This document shows positions 59,190-64,000 of a stretch of 64,000 nucleotides of DNA, piece after piece. The position numbers were made by a program, and so were the translations under genes. The notes beneath the pieces were generated by a model that ran no database searches, was not told the origin of the DNA, and saw only the letters and a program-made list of their open reading frames with translations. The first letter of the stretch is position 1. Every line of letters begins with the position of its first letter. Origin of the DNA: the human T2T-CHM13v2.0 reference genome, Homo sapiens; NCBI RefSeq assembly GCF_009914755.1, contig NC_060928.1; one strand, written 5' to 3'.

Positions 59190-60013
59190 GTATTATGCAA
59201 AAGAATAGAAAAAAAGAGTTCATTATCCAACCTGATTTTGTCCATTTTGTGGCTAGATTTAGGGAACCTGAGTGTCTGATACAAACTTTCCGACATGGTC
59301 AAAAAAGCCTTCCTTTTATCTGTCTTGAAAATCTTTCATCTTTGAAGGCCTACACTCTCGTTTCTTCTTTTAAGATTTGCCAATGATGATCTGTCAGAGG
59401 TAATCACTGTGCATGTGTTTAAAGATTTCACCACTTTTTATGGTGGTGATCACTATAGTGAAATACTGAAACTTGTTTGTCAAATTGCACAGCAAGGGGA
59501 CACAGTTCTTGTTTATCTTTTCATGATAATTTTTAGTAGGGAGGGAATTCAAAGTAGAGAATTTTACTGCATCTAGATGCCTGAGTTCATGCATTCATTC
59601 CATAAATATATATTATGGAATGCTTTATTTTCTTTTCTGAGGAGTTTACTGATGTTGGTGGAGGAGAGACTGAAATGAATTATACACAAAATTTAAAAAT
59701 TAGCAAAATTGCAGCCCCTGGGATATTAGCGTACTCTTTCTCTGACTTTTCTCCCACTTTTAAGGCTCTTTTTCCTGGCAATGTTTCCAGTTGGTTTCTA
59801 ACTACATAGGGAATTCCGCTGTGACCAGAATGATCGAATGATCTTTCCTTTTCTTAGAGAGCAAAATCATTATTCGCTAAAGGGAGTACTTGGGAATTTA
59901 GGCATAAATTATGCCTTCAAAATTTAATTTGGCACAGTCTCATCTGAGCTTATGGAGGGGTGTTTCATGTAGAATTTTTCTTCTAATTTTCATCAAATTA
60001 TTCCTTTTTGTAG

Positions 60014-60112
<99 letters not shown>

Positions 60113-61249
60113 TAAATACTTTTAAACATAGTTGGCATCTTTATAACGATGTAAATGATAATGCTTCAGTGACAAATTGTACATTTTTATGTATTTTGCA
60201 AAGTGCTGTCAAATACATTTCTTTGGTTGTCTAACAGGTAGAACTCTAATAGAGGTAAAAATCAGAATATCAATGACAATTTGACATTATTTTTAATCTT
60301 TTCTTTTCTAAATAGTTGAATAATTTAGAGGACGCTGTCCTTTTTGTCCTAAAAAAAGGGACAGATATTTAAGTTCTATTTATTTATAAAATCTTGGACT
60401 CTTATTCTAATGGTTCATTATTTTTATAGAGCTGTAGGCATGGTTCTTTATTTAATTTTTTAAAGTTATTTTTAATTTTTGTGGATACAGAGTAGGTATA
60501 CATATTTACGGGGTATATGAGATATTTTGATATAAGTATACAACATATATAATCCCTTTATTTAATTTTATCTTCCCCCCAATGATCTAAAACTATTTGC
60601 TTGTCCTTTTATGTCTTATAGTTAAATTCAGTCACCAACTAAGTTGAAGTTACTTCTTATTTTTGCATAGCTCCAGCTCTGATCTTCATCTCATGTTTTT
60701 GCCTGAGCCTCTGTTTTCATATTACTTAGTTGGTTCTGGGAGCATACTTTAATAGCCGAGTCAAGAAAAATACTAGCTGCCCCGTCACCCACACTCCTCA
60801 CCTGCTAGTCAACAGCAAATCAACACAACAGGAAATAAAATGAAAATAATAGACATTATGCATGCTCTCTAGAAACTGTCAATTGAACTGTATTTGCTCA
60901 TCATTCCTACCATCTACACCACCAAAATCAACCAAATTTATGAAAAAAAAACAGCCCCAACATAAAATTATACACAGATAAACAGGCTATGATTGGTTTT
61001 GGGAAAGAAGTCACCTTTACCTGATTTAGGCAACTGTGAAATGACTAGAGAATGAAGAAAATTAGACGTTTACATCTTGTCATAGAGTTTGAAGATAGTG
61101 CTGGATCTTTCTTTTTATAAGTAAGATCAATAAAAACTCCCTCATTCTGTAGAAGTTATGATTTCTTTTCTAAGAGACCTTTAGAAGTCAGAAAAAATGT
61201 GTTTCAATTGAGAAAAAAGATAACTGGAGTTTGTGTAGTACTTCCCAGA

Positions 61250-61430
61250 TTATAAAATGCTTTTGTATGTATTATCTAATTTAATCCTCAAAACTTCTTC
61301 AATTTAGCATGTTGTCATGACACTGCAGAGGCTGAAGCTCAGAGACGCTGAGCCCTCTGCTAACAAGTCCTACTGCTAACAAGTGATAAAGCCAGAGCTG
61401 GAAGTCACATCTGGACTCCAAACCTGATGC
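61250..61430 (-). mobile_element. MIR in intron 6
   Basis: atttaatcctcaaaac...gaggctgaagctcagaga...ctaacaagtgataaagccagagctgga...tctggactcca. Confidence 0.6.
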
Positions 61431-61698
61431 TTCTCAGCCTGTTGCCCCTTTTAGAGTTCCTTTTTAATTTCTGCTTTTATGACTTGCTAGATTTCTACCT
61501 ACCACACACACTCTTAAATGGATAATTCTGCCCTAAGGATAAGTGATTACCATTTGGTTCAGAACTAGAACTAATGAATTTTAAAAATTATTTCTGTATG
61601 TCCATTTTGAATTTTCTTATGAGAAATAGTATTTGCCTAGTGTTTTCATATAAAATATCGCATGATAATACCATTTTGATTGGCGATTTTCTTTTTAG

Positions 61699-61828
61699 GG
61701 CAGTAGCTCGCCTGAGCCAGAGATTTCCCAAAGCTGAGTTTGCAGAAGTTTCCAAGTTAGTGACAGATCTTACCAAAGTCCACACGGAATGCTGCCATGG
61801 AGATCTGCTTGAATGTGCTGATGACAGG
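61699..61828 (+). CDS. ALB: Serum albumin exon 7
   Basis: [43 protein letters not shown], 130 nt, AG/GT. Confidence 0.99.
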
Positions 61829-62154
61829 GTAAAGAGTCGTCGATATGCTTTTTGGTAGCTTGCATGCTCAAGTTGGTAGAATGGATGCGTTTGGTATCAT
61901 TGGTGATAGCTGACAGTGGGTTGAGATTGTCTTCTGTGCTTTCGTCTGTCCTATCTTCAATCTTTCCCTGCCTATGGTGGTGGTACCTTTCTGTTTTTAA
62001 CCTGGCTATAAATTACCAGATAAACCCATTCACTGATTTGTAACTCCTTTCAGTCATGCTCTAACTGTAAATGAAGGCTTAAACTGAAGTAGAACAGTTA
62101 CAAGGTTTTACTTGGCAGAACATCTTGCAAGGTAGATGTCTAAGAAGATTTTTT

Positions 62155-62460
<306 letters not shown>

Positions 62461-63122
62461 TGAGGGAGGTAGGTGGACTTGGAGAAGGTCACTACTTGAA
62501 GAGATTTTTGGAAATGATGTATTTTTCTTCTCTATATTCCTTCCCTTAATTAACTCTGTTTGTTAGATGTGCAAATATTTGGAATGATATCTCTTTTCTC
62601 AAAACTTATAATATTTTCTTTCTCCCTTTCTTCAAGATTAAACTTATGGGCAAATACTAGAATCCTAATCTCTCATGGCACTTTCTGGAAAATTTAAGGC
62701 GGTTATTTTATATATGTAAGCAGGGCCTATGACTATGATCTTGACTCATTTTTCAAAAATCTTCTATATTTTATTTAGTTATTTGGTTTCAAAAGGCCTG
62801 CACTTAATTTTGGGGGATTATTTGGAAAAACAGCATTGAGTTTTAATGAAAAAAACTTAAATGCCCTAACAGTAGAAACATAAAATTAATAAATAACTGA
62901 GCTGAGCACCTGCTACTGATTAGTCTATTTTAATTAAGTGGGAATGTTTTTGTAGTCCTATCTACATCTCCAGGTTTAGGAGCAAACAGAGTATGTTCAT
63001 AGAAGGAATATGTGTATGGTCTTAGAATACAATGAATATGTTCTGCCAACTTAATAAAGGTCTGAGGAGAAAGTGTAGCAATGTCAATTCGTGTTGAACA
63101 ATTTCCACCAACTTACTTATAG

Positions 63123-63338
<216 letters not shown>

Positions 63339-64000
63339 TAAGTAGATAAGAAATTATTCTTTTATAGCTTTGGCATGACCTCACAACTTAGGAGGATAGC
63401 CTAGGCTTTTCTGTGGAGTTGCTACAATTTCCCTGCTGCCCAGAATGTTTCTTCATCCTTCCCTTTCCCAGGCTTTAACAATTTTTGAAATAGTTAATTA
63501 GTTGAATACATTGTCATAAAATAATACATGTTCACGGCAAAGCTCAACATTCCTTACTCCTTAGGGGTATTTCTGAAAATACGTCTAGAAACATTTTGTG
63601 TATATATAAATTATGTATACTTCAGTCATTCATTCCAAGTGTATTTCTTGAACATCTATAATATATGTGTGTGACTATGTATTGCCTGTCTATCTAACTA
63701 ATCTAATCTAATCTAGTCTATCTATCTAATCTATGCAATGATAGCAAAGAAGTATAAAAAGAAATATAGAGTCTGACACCAGGTGCTTTATATTTGGTGA
63801 AAAGACCAGAAGTTCAGTATAATGGCAATATGGTAGGCAACTCAATTACAAAATAAATGTTTACGTATTGTCAGAAGTTGTGGTGATAAACTGCATTTTT
63901 GTTGTTGGATTATGATAATGCACTAAATAATATTTCCTAAAATTATGTACCCTACAAGATTTCACTCATACAGAGAAGAAAGAGAATATTTTAAGAACAT

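Noticed and set aside
60335-60364. Hairpin CTGTCCTTTTT...AAAAAGGGACAG in intron 6
   Set aside because: Short, imperfect and mostly homopolymer pairing. No ncRNA hallmarks.
63688-63735. (CTAAT)/(CTAT) low-complexity run
   Set aside because: Degenerate microsatellite with no further structure.

Overview
Human genomic DNA: about 54 kb upstream of the serum albumin gene plus ALB exons 1-8 (+ strand, ATG at 54030). The gene continues past the window end. The promoter carries HNF1, CCAAT, C/EBP-DBP and TATA elements, with candidate enhancers at about -1.8 kb and -6 to -6.6 kb. The largest upstream structure is a 13.1 kb two-LTR HERV-K(HML-3)/HERVK9 provirus (MER9 LTRs, CTATTA target-site duplication). 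Its pol gene is split by a full-length, same-strand L1PA4-like LINE-1. The remainder is ordinary primate interspersed repeat (Alu, L1, L2, MIR, MaLR, DNA transposon fossils). I found no evidence of a wholly new biological system. The best leads are: a candidate alternative ALB promoter/first exon about 7 kb upstream that would skip the signal peptide; an open 139-codon antisense ORF0 in an otherwise dead L1; PBS-tRNA complementarity extending past the usual 18 nt; and a hepatocyte-type motif cluster at about -25 kb. Repeat subfamily names come from recalled consensus sequences, and boundaries of old repeats are approximate.
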